Positions 1-10,351 are shown, counted from the stretch's first letter. The stretch: 64,000 bases of DNA from Candidatus Latescibacterota bacterium (GCA_965116885.1 OZ220741.1:800001-864000), one strand, 5' to 3'. A program made the numbers and translations. The notes: generated from the sequence alone by a model not told the origin.

Positions 1-491
1 CGGCGTCCCAGCAGCGGTCCCTGACCATAGAAAATCTGAAGATTTTTCTCCTTGATCCCAAACAACTTCTGGGCATCCGAAGACAGTTCAATCGTCACAA
101 TGCCAGTGCCCCGCGCCCAGTGTTCTCGGTCTATCACCTTTGCATCTATCAAGTCGAGAGACCACAGGTAGTCATTGGTCGCAAGATAGGCTCCGGCACA
201 GATCCCGATAAAACCGCCTCCCTCTTTTACAAATTCCCGCACTGCTTCTCTCCCCTTTGACTCCAGGGCACGCCCTTGCTTTCCACCGCTACCACCGGGT
301 TGGATGAGAACATCCACCTCCGAGAGCTTACCCCCACGAATTGCCAGAGCGTCCATCCTGACGATCTCGAAATCCGGCTTTGCCTTTGCCTTGCCGAGCA
401 CTTCGAGAAGTTCCGCGCAACTTGGACCAGCGCCTTCGCCCTCATACACAGCGATCCGAATCCGGGTATTTTTTATTTTCTTTTCACTCAT
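1..491 (-). CDS. BPL-N / class I glutamine amidotransferase-like protein (runs off the window edge)
   Basis: Not in the ORF track. Manual translation from ATG at 491: MSEKKIKNTRIRIAVYEGEG...VLIQPGGSGGKQG...VREFVKEGGGFIGICAGAYLA. PGG and GICAG motifs are typical of BPL_N. Start overlaps the upstream PhyH stop. Confidence 0.75.
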   Translation of the reverse strand, partial: MSEKKIKNTRIRIAVYEGEGAGPSCAELLEVLGKAKAKPDFEIVRMDALAIRGGKLSEVDVLIQPGGSGGKQGRALESKGREAVREFVKEGGGFIGICAGAYLATNDYLWSLDLIDAKVIDREHWARGTGIVTIELSSDAQKLFGIKEKNLQIFYGQGPLLGR

Positions 492-1323
492 ATTGCACAA
501 CCGGTGGTTTTGATGGCTCAATAGGCCGAATAATCTTTCGACGGGCGGGCGTCAATCTCGCCACCAACTCATCGGAATATTCATACCCCAAACGATCTCG
601 GGTCCAAAAAGACGAATACCGATAAATCAATGCGCGGCGCTCTCCTTCGTTGGTCCTCACACTGGCACCGTGAATAAGTGCATCAGTAAACACAACGGCA
701 TCTCCCGCCTTGAGATGCACCTCCTTGAGAAGGGGAGCCATATCACCGGGCTCGAGAACATAATCCTTCCTGCCCTGCCTTTTCTGATGCACCAGCGGAT
801 TTGGAAGATTGGACTTATGGGACCCGGGAACGACCAGTGTCCCACCATCCCCGGGACCAATATCATTCAGCGCCAGGAGAATGTTCAAATTGCCACAGAA
901 AAATTTATTGTCGTGATATTCAAAACTCGTGCGATACATCTTATTGTGACCGCCAGCATGCAACCTCACATGGCTCCCACGACGGATGATCGGAAGAAAA
1001 TTCATCCAGATGTGCAAACCGTGGTTATCCACGTACCGCTTGACAAACTCGATCCAGTTCGGATTATCGATCAACGCCTCAAAACACGAACCCCCTTCGA
1101 TAACATTTCTGAAACTCACACTGTGACTATTGGTATTTTCATTTTTCACAACATGAACATTGCCCAACCATTCCTCACCAGCGTCGCTCAAAACAAGCCA
1201 TTCATCAACCTTCTCATTGATCTCGGCAATAAGCTCTGGCTGCACGGCGTTTTCCAGAATGAGGAAGCCCTCAAGATCAAAACAATAGTCATCCCATTTA
1301 TCGGGCATAGGTGTCATAGTCAT
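484..1323 (-). CDS. PhyH-family Fe(II)/2OG enzyme (HxG variant)
   Basis: FDLEGFLILENAV N-terminus, GGTLVVPGSHK, GDAVVFTDALIHG, RRALIYRY; first metal motif RLHAGG. Confidence 0.85.
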   Translation of the reverse strand: MTMTPMPDKWDDYCFDLEGFLILENAVQPELIAEINEKVDEWLVLSDAGEEWLGNVHVVKNENTNSHSVSFRNVIEGGSCFEALIDNPNWIEFVKRYVDNHGLHIWMNFLPIIRRGSHVRLHAGGHNKMYRTSFEYHDNKFFCGNLNILLALNDIGPGDGGTLVVPGSHKSNLPNPLVHQKRQGRKDYVLEPGDMAPLLKEVHLKAGDAVVFTDALIHGASVRTNEGERRALIYRYSSFWTRDRLGYEYSDELVARLTPARRKIIRPIEPSKPPVVQYE

Positions 1324-1336
1324 ATCCCCTAAAAAA

Positions 1337-2173
1337 TCATGCAGTCACAGATTGAACAGGCGGTCTTATCGGCACAACAGGCCGCACAATTTTTCTGCGT
1401 GCAGGCGTGAGCCTGGCGAGCAATTCTTCTGACGGCTCAAAACCAGTAGCATTTTTCATCCAAAACGCAGTGTATCGATAAATCAGTATCCTGCGCTCGC
1501 CATCATTAGTCCGCACACTGGCACCGTGTGTACACGCATCCGTAAAAATAACAGCATCTCCAGCATCGAGATGCATTTCCTTTAAATAGGGCCTCAATTT
1601 CGTCTCCTCAACCGCAGTCTTATGTCGCCCATTCTCCGCCTCAAAAACCAGAGGATTAACCACATTGCATTTATGTGATCCAGGCACAATCATAGTACCG
1701 CCATCCCCCGGACCAATATCGTTCAGCGCGAGTAAAACATTGAAATTGCCACAATAGAAATTATCGTTATGATATCGAAAACTGGTGCGATAACTCTTAT
1801 TATGCCCACCGGAATGCACAGGTACATAGCTACCTTTTCGACTGACAGACAGATGGTTCGCCCAGATGTACAACCCATCATTATCGACATAGCGCTTCAC
1901 GTACTCGAGCCAATTGGGATTATCGATCAACGCCTCAAAAGCTGGTCCACCCTCAATAATATTGGCAAACTTAATATCGGGACCCTTTACGGGTTCGGGA
2001 TCGCTACCGCGAACATGACCGATCCATTTGTGTCCGGCCTCGTGTAAAGCAACCCACTCATCAACCGTCTCATTAATCTCCGCAATCAACTCTGGGGAAA
2101 CGACATCCTTCAGAACGAGATATCCCTGAAGATCAAAACGGTAATCATCCCATTCAGTGGGTGAGGGTACCAT
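1337..2173 (-). CDS. PhyH-family Fe(II)/2OG enzyme (HxG variant), close paralog of 484-1323
   Basis: FDLQGYLVLKDVV, GGTMIVPGSHK, GDAVIFTDACTHG; metal motif PVHSGG. Confidence 0.85.
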   Translation of the reverse strand: MVPSPTEWDDYRFDLQGYLVLKDVVSPELIAEINETVDEWVALHEAGHKWIGHVRGSDPEPVKGPDIKFANIIEGGPAFEALIDNPNWLEYVKRYVDNDGLYIWANHLSVSRKGSYVPVHSGGHNKSYRTSFRYHNDNFYCGNFNVLLALNDIGPGDGGTMIVPGSHKCNVVNPLVFEAENGRHKTAVEETKLRPYLKEMHLDAGDAVIFTDACTHGASVRTNDGERRILIYRYTAFWMKNATGFEPSEELLARLTPARRKIVRPVVPIRPPVQSVTA

Positions 2174-2301
2174 ATTTTTTCTCCTTATTTATCAACGCGA
2201 ATGCCCCCAGTGTGCCCAGAACCCAATCGAAACCACTGGGGGCAATTGTACTGCTGTCAAGATTCCCACGTTGCTTTAAATCGTACCATACAATTTCCCT
2301 G

Positions 2302-3396
2302 TTATTCACAGTACAACTTCGCCACGGCAATCGCATCCTCTTCCCAGCAGGTATAAAACAAATACAACTGACCATCTTCTTTGAAGGCATAAGAATCGTG
2401 CACCACATCGCCCTCCCAATCCTCCTCAGCGCGGACCATATCTTCGGGGGGATAACTCGTCTGCCACGTCCGCCAATCGCCTGCACTCAAATCCACAGTC
2501 GAACGCATAATATATTCCGGCTCCTCCCATTTTCGGCTGTAAAACACCTCCAGCGTCTCGCCGTCTTCCATCACCCGCACAGACCCGTGGCGCAGACCCA
2601 ACCCCCCATTGGGAAGATGATCACCCGCCAGCCCATCGGCGACGAGATCATCTTCAATAGGCGACGACTCAGCAGACACCCACAGAGGGTCGCTCGTATT
2701 CCAACCCTCTGGCGCATCCCACGGACATTCGGGATCAGCCGGCTCTAAAAAAAATCCGCGCTGTGCAAAACCGTACCAATCGCCGCGATAGGTAAACACC
2801 CGCAAATAATTTCGATCCGCAAATTTCAACCTTTTCAATCCATGGCCTTCTTCCCCACCTACCTCGGGACGGTTAAAATTCAACCCGGACTTCGACGTCG
2901 CCACAAATGAACGCTGGCCATCATTGCTCTTCCCGTGAACCACCATGATAAAATGCCGATTATCCTCATCCACAATCACCTCGGGAGACGACACATGCCC
3001 CGTCAACACAATGCCATCTACCACATCAATCGTCTCAGTCTCATTGCCCAGCCGCAAATCAAACACCCCGCGCCCCGGAAAACGCGGATCATCCAATCTC
3101 CCGGCATTAAAAATCGTCCAATCCGCCGAATCCACCCGATCTGACCACGCCATGTGAATACTCGTCCCGTGATGCGACGCAAAATAGAGATAATAATTCG
3201 CATCCGAATGTGCCCGATCTTCCGCAGACACCCAATCGGGAATCCGAACCACCGTGGGAAACATCGCATCGCCGCGCAACCTCGAGCGATTGGGATCTGC
3301 GCCAATTCTGAGCCGCCGCACATCATTTCCCTCGACAATCGGCCTGCCGTGCAATTTCTCGACCCGATAAGTTACTACACCCATACATTCCTCCAT
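2302..3396 (-). CDS. Putative five-bladed beta-propeller glycoside hydrolase-like protein (GH32/43/130-like)
   Basis: Repeated blade-like motifs (FPTVV...YYLYFASHHG, HVSSPEVI, VHDSYAFKEDGQLYLFY). Confidence 0.5.
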   Translation of the reverse strand: MEECMGVVTYRVEKLHGRPIVEGNDVRRLRIGADPNRSRLRGDAMFPTVVRIPDWVSAEDRAHSDANYYLYFASHHGTSIHMAWSDRVDSADWTIFNAGRLDDPRFPGRGVFDLRLGNETETIDVVDGIVLTGHVSSPEVIVDEDNRHFIMVVHGKSNDGQRSFVATSKSGLNFNRPEVGGEEGHGLKRLKFADRNYLRVFTYRGDWYGFAQRGFFLEPADPECPWDAPEGWNTSDPLWVSAESSPIEDDLVADGLAGDHLPNGGLGLRHGSVRVMEDGETLEVFYSRKWEEPEYIMRSTVDLSAGDWRTWQTSYPPEDMVRAEEDWEGDVVHDSYAFKEDGQLYLFYTCWEEDAIAVAKLYCE

Positions 3397-3399
3397 AAT

Positions 3400-4356
3400 T
3401 CAACGGCGTTCATTCAGCGACGTCCAACCGCGTCCCGGGGTGTGAACCTTCTTTCTATCCCACTCCCTCCGCAACGCGGCAAATTCCCCGGGATCTCGCA
3501 TCTCGCGCTCGGGATTTTGCGTATCCTGAATCACGAAATACGCCTCACCCGGATGGCACGCCATCGTCACTGGCTCGCGTTCTGGCGTATAATCTTCGGG
3601 CACCTCGCCGATATTGCTCGGCACGCCAAAATCCTGATATCGCAAATCCATACTCCACCGCACAATATCCGTCTTGTTTTCAAACGAAGCATGCGGCGTC
3701 AAATTCGTCAAAAACAAAACCGACCCCGCCGACATCTCCACAGGTATCGCACCCTCGGGAACATTTTCAGGTGCAATTTCCAAAAAGCCCGCGTGCCCAC
3801 CCGTATAATGTCGAATAATCCCCTTATCCTGCACCTTTGGAATCACCCACAAACACCCATTATCCAGCGTCGCATCCACCAGCGGTACCCAACACGTCAC
3901 CATCAAATACTCGTAACAATGCGCCATTGAATAACCCGCATCCTGATGCCACGGCACCTCCCCGCGCGAATAGCCCGGCACCTTGGGACGTATGCGATAA
4001 ATCGACGTACCGACGATATTGGGACCAATAATATCCTCAATACACGCAATCAACGGCCGATGCCGCAACGCCTTCAAAATCCCCGGCCCGTGAAACCTGC
4101 CCGACCAGATCGACATCAACACCTTGTGGGCGGCCTCCGGATTGTACCGATTAAGCCTCGTCAGCCGCGTCTCAAACGGCTCCTCAGCAAAATCGCGGTC
4201 CAGCTCGCCTTCGGCAATCAACTCATCGCACTTCTCCTGAACCGCGCCCGTCAACCCATCCTTCAAAAGTTGCAAATCGTCCGAAGAATAAATGGATTCT
4301 TTAACCACATAACCAAGCTCTTTGAATTGTCTAACTTCCTCTGCTGTAAGCCCCAT
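3400..4356 (-). CDS. PhyH-family dioxygenase
   Basis: Start reassigned to MGLTAEEVRQFKELGYVV; PWHQDAG, WVPLVDATLDNGCL, TPHAS, RWSMDLRY. Confidence 0.85.
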   Translation of the reverse strand: MGLTAEEVRQFKELGYVVKESIYSSDDLQLLKDGLTGAVQEKCDELIAEGELDRDFAEEPFETRLTRLNRYNPEAAHKVLMSIWSGRFHGPGILKALRHRPLIACIEDIIGPNIVGTSIYRIRPKVPGYSRGEVPWHQDAGYSMAHCYEYLMVTCWVPLVDATLDNGCLWVIPKVQDKGIIRHYTGGHAGFLEIAPENVPEGAIPVEMSAGSVLFLTNLTPHASFENKTDIVRWSMDLRYQDFGVPSNIGEVPEDYTPEREPVTMACHPGEAYFVIQDTQNPEREMRDPGEFAALRREWDRKKVHTPGRGWTSLNERR

Positions 4357-4373
4357 AGATATTTCCTTTCCGA

Positions 4374-5144
4374 TCACATCACCACTGGTTGCCGCCCGCC
4401 AATCGACGGCGGCTCCATAATCCGTCGCTGCTGATCTGTCACATTGGGATAATCGTCTGGATTGTAATAATTCTGTGCCCACGCCGAATGTCCCGGACTG
4501 AATTTATACAGCAATGAACGGCGCTCGTGCTCGCCTTCCCAGGGCATTGTTCCGTGCACCAGAGCCTCTGTAAAAATGATCATATCCCCAGCCTCTGCTT
4601 CGGGCTGATGTACATAGTGCGCTGGCCGCTCAAAATTGCGCACATCGTTGGGAATATTGACAAAATTGCTCTTATGCGACCCGGGAACACAGGCAAAGCC
4701 GCCATCCCCTTTGCGCGCGGGCGCAAGATTATACGTAAACACCGTCAACCCATTGCGCATCACGCCATCATGGTATTTGTACCAATGATCGCCCGGCACA
4801 CCCGCCTGCAGTGATGGCCCACCGTGCAATCGCCCGCGTCTCGCGCCCTTCTTCATAAAAATAGAATAATCGTGATCCACGCGAAACGTCGGCCCCAACA
4901 ACTCAATCATATACGGCAACGCATTGGGATGATCGAACAACGCCTGCGTCTCTGGACCCCACATTGAAACGCGACTCGTGCGGCGGTGCCCATCTTTTTC
5001 GTCGTCAGGATCAGCCCATACCTCATCGGCCAACTTATTCAGCGCATCCACCTCATCTGCACTCAACACATCTTTAACAACCAAAAACCCCTGCAAATCA
5101 AATCGAAACTTCTCTTCCGGTGTCATAATGGCCTCCGTTTCCAT
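4374..5144 (-). CDS. PhyH-family Fe(II)/2OG enzyme (HxG variant)
   Basis: FDLQGFLVV, GGFACVPGSHK, GDMIIFTEALVHG; metal motif RLHGGP. Confidence 0.85.
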   Translation of the reverse strand: METEAIMTPEEKFRFDLQGFLVVKDVLSADEVDALNKLADEVWADPDDEKDGHRRTSRVSMWGPETQALFDHPNALPYMIELLGPTFRVDHDYSIFMKKGARRGRLHGGPSLQAGVPGDHWYKYHDGVMRNGLTVFTYNLAPARKGDGGFACVPGSHKSNFVNIPNDVRNFERPAHYVHQPEAEAGDMIIFTEALVHGTMPWEGEHERRSLLYKFSPGHSAWAQNYYNPDDYPNVTDQQRRIMEPPSIGGRQPVVM

Positions 5145-5941
5145 TACAGATTATCAACCGCATAAACCGCTTTCTCTATCTGTTCCTCTCCGACGGTTTT
5201 GACCTTCGCATCAGAACCGAGCAACAGGGCAATATCGCAAATATTATTTATATCTCGCGGAACACCATTGGACGCTTGATAGAGCGCGTCGAGCGCGTCC
5301 TCGTCGAACAAGGATCGATCGGCTCCCGCTTTTTCCAGACGTGTTTGCACATAAGACAGGGTTTCTTCGCGCTTAAATGGTGCGAGGTGATATTGGCGTG
5401 CGACCTGTTGTCCCAATGGCTCAATGCCAGCGACCCGGTCCTTGAGACCTGTCTGTCCAATGAGGAGAAGAGTAAGAAAAAAACGCCCGTTGCGTTGAAA
5501 GCTGAACAGAGATTGCAACTCTTCAAATGTATTGTCGTCTGCTATTGCATCGGCATCATCGACAATGACAACCGTATATTTGCCCGCATTGGCACTTTTG
5601 ACAGTCTGAACCTCAAGTGCGCGTTGCAATTTTCCATTCGATTGGTCCTCAACACCCAATTGCCCGAGCATATCTCGAAGAAAGTCTTCCGGCGCAAGAC
5701 CGGGTCTATTCATAAGCGCGATTTTATACCTATCGGATGACAGTTCATGGATGAGCATGCGACTCACAACGGTTTTGCCACAGCCCGCATCGCCCGTGAG
5801 TACGGCAGCCCCCATGCGAGTATTAATCGCGTAAAACATTTGCAACAGTGCTCTCTGGTGATCTGCTGAAGAATAAAAAAAACGCGGATCCGGCACACTT
5901 TCAAACGGCAATTCTGTCAGATTCCAATATTCCTGGTACAC
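5144..5941 (-). CDS. ExeA/GspA-like AAA ATPase (stand-alone domain)
   Basis: MYQEYWNLTELPF...PDPRFFY, Walker A GDAGCGKT, LLLIGQ, GVPRDINNICD. Confidence 0.85.
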   Translation of the reverse strand: MYQEYWNLTELPFESVPDPRFFYSSADHQRALLQMFYAINTRMGAAVLTGDAGCGKTVVSRMLIHELSSDRYKIALMNRPGLAPEDFLRDMLGQLGVEDQSNGKLQRALEVQTVKSANAGKYTVVIVDDADAIADDNTFEELQSLFSFQRNGRFFLTLLLIGQTGLKDRVAGIEPLGQQVARQYHLAPFKREETLSYVQTRLEKAGADRSLFDEDALDALYQASNGVPRDINNICDIALLLGSDAKVKTVGEEQIEKAVYAVDNL

Positions 5942-6218
5942 GGTTTTAACCCTTTATTTTAAATCCGACCATGGTCTTTACAGCCCAATCGGAGTCGTGG
6001 TTTAACGCTGCCCATTGCACCTATTTTGTCGCAATCCAATATAGTTACCTCAAACGGTCTGTGTCAAGTAATCGACAAAGCGATTTAAGGGCTTTCCCAT
6101 GTTTTATACAACACGGAGACATTGGCACAAAATACTTTGACGGAACGTAACCAAACCCTATATTTTGCTGCACTGCGCTTGTGACATATCTGTTTTGACT
6201 CTCATTTTGGAGATCTGT

Positions 6219-7715
6219 ATGGCCTGGTGGCAATCCGTTTTGCTGGCCACTTACAGCCTGGTGTTTGCATTGCTGATGCTCGTAAGTCTGCATAGACACT
6301 TGATGGTACACCTCTATTACAAGCACCGTCGCAAACAACCCATTCCCCGCGGCACCTTTGATGAATTGCCCTTTGTGACAGTGCAATTGCCCGTATTTAA
6401 TGAACGCTATGTGGTCGAACGATTGATTCGCGCGGTCGCCAAAATGGATTATCCAACCGACCGCCTCGAAATTCAGGTTTTAGATGACTCAACCGATGAA
6501 ACAACCGCCATTGCCAGACAGTGCGTGGATGAACTTCGGCGTTCGGGACTGGATATCGCGCTGATACACCGCAACACGCGCACCGGGTATAAAGCCGGTG
6601 CTCTCGCAGAGGGATTGCGGGTTGCACGGGGTGAATTGATCGCAATTTTTGACGCCGATTTCCTGCCGCCACCAGACTTTTTGAACAAAACCATCCCGCA
6701 CTTCGTCGAACCGCAGGTCGGCATGGTTCAGACGCGCTGGGGACATCTGAATCGGGACTATTCCATTTTGACACGCGTACAGGCCATCTATCTCGACGGT
6801 CATTTTGTGATGGAACACGGTGCGCGAAGCCGCTCGGGCTTGTTCTTCAATTTTAACGGCACAGCGGGCGTCTGGCGCCGAGCCTGTATCGATGAAGCGG
6901 GCGGTTGGCAGCACGACACCCTGACCGAAGACCTCGATTTGAGCTACCGCGCGCAATTGGCGGGCTGGCGATTTGTCTATCTTGAGAATACCGTAACACC
7001 GGCAGAAATCCCCGTGGAAGTAAATGCCTGGAAGTCACAGCAATTTCGGTGGGCAAAAGGCTCGGTTCAGACCGCAAAAAAAACACTAAAGACCCTGTTG
7101 AAAAGTCATCTCTCCTGGCGCGTGAAGGGCGAAGCCGCTTTTCATCTGGTAACCAATTTCGCATATTGTTTGATGGCAATGATCGCCATTCTCATCTTTC
7201 CCGCAATTGTCCTGAGGGAAGACCTGGGATGGCTCCGGGTGGTAATAATCGATTTTCCCCTCTTTGTAGGCGCAACGGGCGTGATCTCCAGATACTATAT
7301 CCACTCGCAGCGGGAAATATATTCGGATTGGAAATCGCGCATCCTGTATTTGCCATTTGTACTCGCCCTGGGCATGGGAATTTCATTGAACAACGCGCGC
7401 GGAGTAATTCAGGCACTGCGAGGGCACGAGACTGCATTTAACCGCACCCCTAAGTATCGCGTTATCGGACGGAATGGAAGTTGGTATCGCAAAAATTACG
7501 CCCTGCGAAAAAACATGACGTCATTTTTGGAAATTGGACTCGGTTTTTATTTGCTGGCCGCTATGGCGTATTCGATTGCGAAAGGACTGTATTTCCCCGT
7601 ACCATTCCTGGTTTTGTTTGCCTCTGGATTTTTTTATGTAGGGTGCCTGTCTTTGTTCCAGGGTACCTGGGCAAAGATGCATTCGCAATCAATTGAAGTC
7701 GCGGAAGCAAACTAA
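6219..7715 (+). CDS. GT2 cellulose-synthase-like processive glycosyltransferase
   Basis: QLPVFNE, LDDS, GYKAGAL, FDADF, TEDLD, QQFRWAKG (QxxRW), C-terminal TM helices. Confidence 0.9.
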   Translation: MAWWQSVLLATYSLVFALLMLVSLHRHLMVHLYYKHRRKQPIPRGTFDELPFVTVQLPVFNERYVVERLIRAVAKMDYPTDRLEIQVLDDSTDETTAIARQCVDELRRSGLDIALIHRNTRTGYKAGALAEGLRVARGELIAIFDADFLPPPDFLNKTIPHFVEPQVGMVQTRWGHLNRDYSILTRVQAIYLDGHFVMEHGARSRSGLFFNFNGTAGVWRRACIDEAGGWQHDTLTEDLDLSYRAQLAGWRFVYLENTVTPAEIPVEVNAWKSQQFRWAKGSVQTAKKTLKTLLKSHLSWRVKGEAAFHLVTNFAYCLMAMIAILIFPAIVLREDLGWLRVVIIDFPLFVGATGVISRYYIHSQREIYSDWKSRILYLPFVLALGMGISLNNARGVIQALRGHETAFNRTPKYRVIGRNGSWYRKNYALRKNMTSFLEIGLGFYLLAAMAYSIAKGLYFPVPFLVLFASGFFYVGCLSLFQGTWAKMHSQSIEVAEAN

Positions 7716-7735
7716 AACAAAGGTGGAATAGGCAC

Positions 7736-8584
7736 ATGGCAATGCGACTCGACAATCCATATCTCTGGGCATATACCGCAGCCATTCTGTTGCACATTCT
7801 ACTCCTGCTCCTGGAAAACCCGCTGTCTGCGATCATTGTGCCGCAACCAGAAAAAATACCCGTGTCACCGCCCCTGACATTTGAATTTGTCGATGTGCCC
7901 CAAAATCGAGACGACGCCCCGCCTGAAGAAACCCCGTTGCTCGCAGAGCGCGATAACATCTCTCGCGATCAACAAATGGACCCCTTGCCCGAAAGCCACT
8001 TGCCATATTCCGATGGCATATCGCGGGCAAAGAACATAGCGACGCCAGCGCAGGGAAAGTCGCGCAGTGAGACACAGAGTACAGACCGCGCACCGGAAAC
8101 CACCGACAATCCCTTTAGCTTTGTAGAGGTATTGCAGAAAAATCCCGAAGAAGCGCGAAAAGAGCGAGAACGCGCGGTGCTGGGTGGGGAACTGCCTCAA
8201 GTGCGTATAGATATGGACAACAGCAAAACCCGCGCACTCGAACGCGGGGGATTGCAACTGAGCACGTATGCCTGGGACTATGCGCCCTATATGCAATATC
8301 TCAAGCGACATATTGACCGTCATATTTATCCACCCCGCGCATTCGAGTTGGGTATGATCGACGGCATGACCCAGGTAAAATTTAGAATCTGGCGCGATGG
8401 TCGGCTTGAAGGTCCCGAACTGATCGACTATAAGGGCCATGGCTTGTTGCGCGATACGAGCCTGAAGGCTGTTGAACTCTCGGCACCATTCAAGGCATTA
8501 CCGCCAGATTTCCCGGATGAGTACCTCGAAATTGTGGGGACTTTTGAGTATTTAATTTTTGGAAAAGGACAAAGGCGACAATAA
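7736..8584 (+). CDS. TonB/TolA-like energy transducer
   Basis: N-terminal TM with LLH, Pro-rich linker, C-terminal YPPRA...G..QVKFRI..DG...D..SLKAV..SAPF.ALP domain; adjacent to exbBD. Confidence 0.75.
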   Translation: MAMRLDNPYLWAYTAAILLHILLLLLENPLSAIIVPQPEKIPVSPPLTFEFVDVPQNRDDAPPEETPLLAERDNISRDQQMDPLPESHLPYSDGISRAKNIATPAQGKSRSETQSTDRAPETTDNPFSFVEVLQKNPEEARKERERAVLGGELPQVRIDMDNSKTRALERGGLQLSTYAWDYAPYMQYLKRHIDRHIYPPRAFELGMIDGMTQVKFRIWRDGRLEGPELIDYKGHGLLRDTSLKAVELSAPFKALPPDFPDEYLEIVGTFEYLIFGKGQRRQ

Positions 8585-8585
8585 T

Positions 8586-9209
8586 ATGGGCTGGGCACTA
8601 TTTGAACAGGGTGGTCTCATGATGTATCCTCTGACTTTGTGCTCAGTACTGGCTTTGGGCATTGCAATTGAGCGCGGATTTGCACTGCGCCGTCGCGCCA
8701 TCATCCGGCCCGAGATTGTCAGTGTAATCGACAATATTCAAGGATCCGAAGACATTGGATTGGCTTTGAACGTCTGCAGACAACACAAAGGTCCTTTCTC
8801 TGCAGTGATGCGCGCGGGATTAGACAACCGACATTTGTCCTTAGAAGAGATCCGAGAAAGTATTCTGGATCAGGGCCGTCAAGAGATGGGGGTATTGCAG
8901 AAGGGACTGGTAGTTCTGGAAACCGTAGCGGGAGTTTCGCCGCTTTTGGGACTTTTGGGCACTGTTTTGGGCATGATTAAAGTTTTTCAACAGGTTTCAG
9001 AAGTGGGCGTAGGGCAGGCCAATCTCCTGGCAGGGGGTATTTCGGAAGCAATTCTAACGACTGCTGCCGGACTTTTTATTGCAATTCCATCACTTGTATT
9101 TTACAATCTATACAGCAGTCGGGCAGAAAGCCTGATTTTGGAAATTGAGAAATACGCCAACACCCTGCTAAAAAAACTCCGGGGATTTCAAGGATCCGAA
9201 GGTGGATAG
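8586..9209 (+). CDS. exbB: ExbB/TolQ/MotA proton channel
   Basis: GGLMMYPL, SPLLGLLGTVLGMI, LAGGISEAILTTAAGL. Confidence 0.9.
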   Translation: MGWALFEQGGLMMYPLTLCSVLALGIAIERGFALRRRAIIRPEIVSVIDNIQGSEDIGLALNVCRQHKGPFSAVMRAGLDNRHLSLEEIRESILDQGRQEMGVLQKGLVVLETVAGVSPLLGLLGTVLGMIKVFQQVSEVGVGQANLLAGGISEAILTTAAGLFIAIPSLVFYNLYSSRAESLILEIEKYANTLLKKLRGFQGSEGG

Positions 9210-9211
9210 CG

Positions 9212-9619
9212 ATGCGATTGCAAATGCCCGGCAAACGCCGCCCGGCCATCAATGTGACCTCTTTGATCGACGTCCTGTTTTTATTGCTTACATTTTTTCT
9301 CGTAACCACGCAATTTGTCGATCAATCCGCGCTCAAAGTCGAACTGCCCGCCATGGCACACGCGGAAAAAACGCAGCACGCGAGGCGTTATATTCTCAAC
9401 ATATCGGCAGATGGTCAAATGGCATTGGATGGTCAGATCGTCGATCAAACGACATTGCGGGAATTATTAAAACAACACGCAGCGGCCATAGATGAAAGTG
9501 GGGGCCTGATTTTGCGGGCAGACCGCCAATTGCCTTATGGCGATGTGATGTCGATTCTGGACCTCGTCAGAGGTGTGGGAATCAGACGGATTACCAATGC
9601 CACAGCGGAACCCGAATAG
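9212..9619 (+). CDS. exbD: ExbD/TolR biopolymer transport protein
   Basis: INVTSLIDVLFLLLTFF, LILRAD..LPYGDVM. Confidence 0.9.
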   Translation: MRLQMPGKRRPAINVTSLIDVLFLLLTFFLVTTQFVDQSALKVELPAMAHAEKTQHARRYILNISADGQMALDGQIVDQTTLRELLKQHAAAIDESGGLILRADRQLPYGDVMSILDLVRGVGIRRITNATAEPE

Positions 9620-9703
9620 ACGAATAGACGGTGCGGGGTACAACTGGTCGTTTCCCAGACCAGTTCATAGACGAATAGACGAACCCTGCCCTACCAGCCA
9701 ACC
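9613..9703. repeat. Composite intergenic repeat: (TAGACGAA)n - CGGTGCGGGGTACAACTGG...CCAGTTCA - (TAGACGAA)n
   Basis: Same architecture at 28352-28524; hairpin AACTGGTC/GACCAGTT at 9642-9665. Confidence 0.8.
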
Positions 9704-9742
9704 GCTATCGTTGATTCGTTGATTCGTTGCGAGGTAGGAACA

Positions 9743-10351
9743 ATGCGCGTTTCCAAATCGTCCAATTTTTCACATATTGAAGATATCCAAATCGTTGCCC
9801 GGGTCTTAGAAGGCAACACAGAGGCTTTCTCTGTGCTGGTACAGCGACACCATGAACGCGTGTACAATACAGTTTACAGCTTCATTGGCGATATCGACGA
9901 AGCCGACGATTTGGCGCAAGAAGCATTTCTCAAAGCATTTCGCGCTCTGAAACGATTTCGAGGACAATCGCTATTTTCAACATGGGTACACCGCATCGCT
10001 GTCAATTGCTGCTTAGACCATCTCAAGTCCAGACATCGGCGCAGCTTTGTTTCTCTGGATGAACATCGAGAAAATTGGGACGCACCGCGCATCTGGGTGG
10101 GCCAGCCCCCAAATGCAGATGTGCGCGTTGAACGGCGGGAACTTCAAGAAATTCTCGAACGCGCCCTGAATGATCTGTCGGAAGAATATCGCGTGACCTT
10201 TGTTTTGCGAGAAATTGAAGGCCTGGCCTATGAAGAAATTGCCGAAGTGCTCAAATGCTCGATAGGAACCGTGAAATCTCGCCTGTTTCGCGGACGGACA
10301 AAACTCCGCGAAATTTTGCAAGTACAATACGACAACTGGATTGAGGCGTAA
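9743..10351 (+). CDS. ECF sigma-70 factor (RpoE-like)
   Basis: DDLAQEAFLKAF, FSTWVHRIAVN, YEEIAEVLKCSIGTVKSRLFRGR. Confidence 0.92.
   Translation: MRVSKSSNFSHIEDIQIVARVLEGNTEAFSVLVQRHHERVYNTVYSFIGDIDEADDLAQEAFLKAFRALKRFRGQSLFSTWVHRIAVNCCLDHLKSRHRRSFVSLDEHRENWDAPRIWVGQPPNADVRVERRELQEILERALNDLSEEYRVTFVLREIEGLAYEEIAEVLKCSIGTVKSRLFRGRTKLREILQVQYDNWIEA

Noticed and set aside
6123..6140. Sigma-54 promoter TGGCAC upstream of GT2
   Set aside because: No GC at the -12 position (GG-N10-TT).
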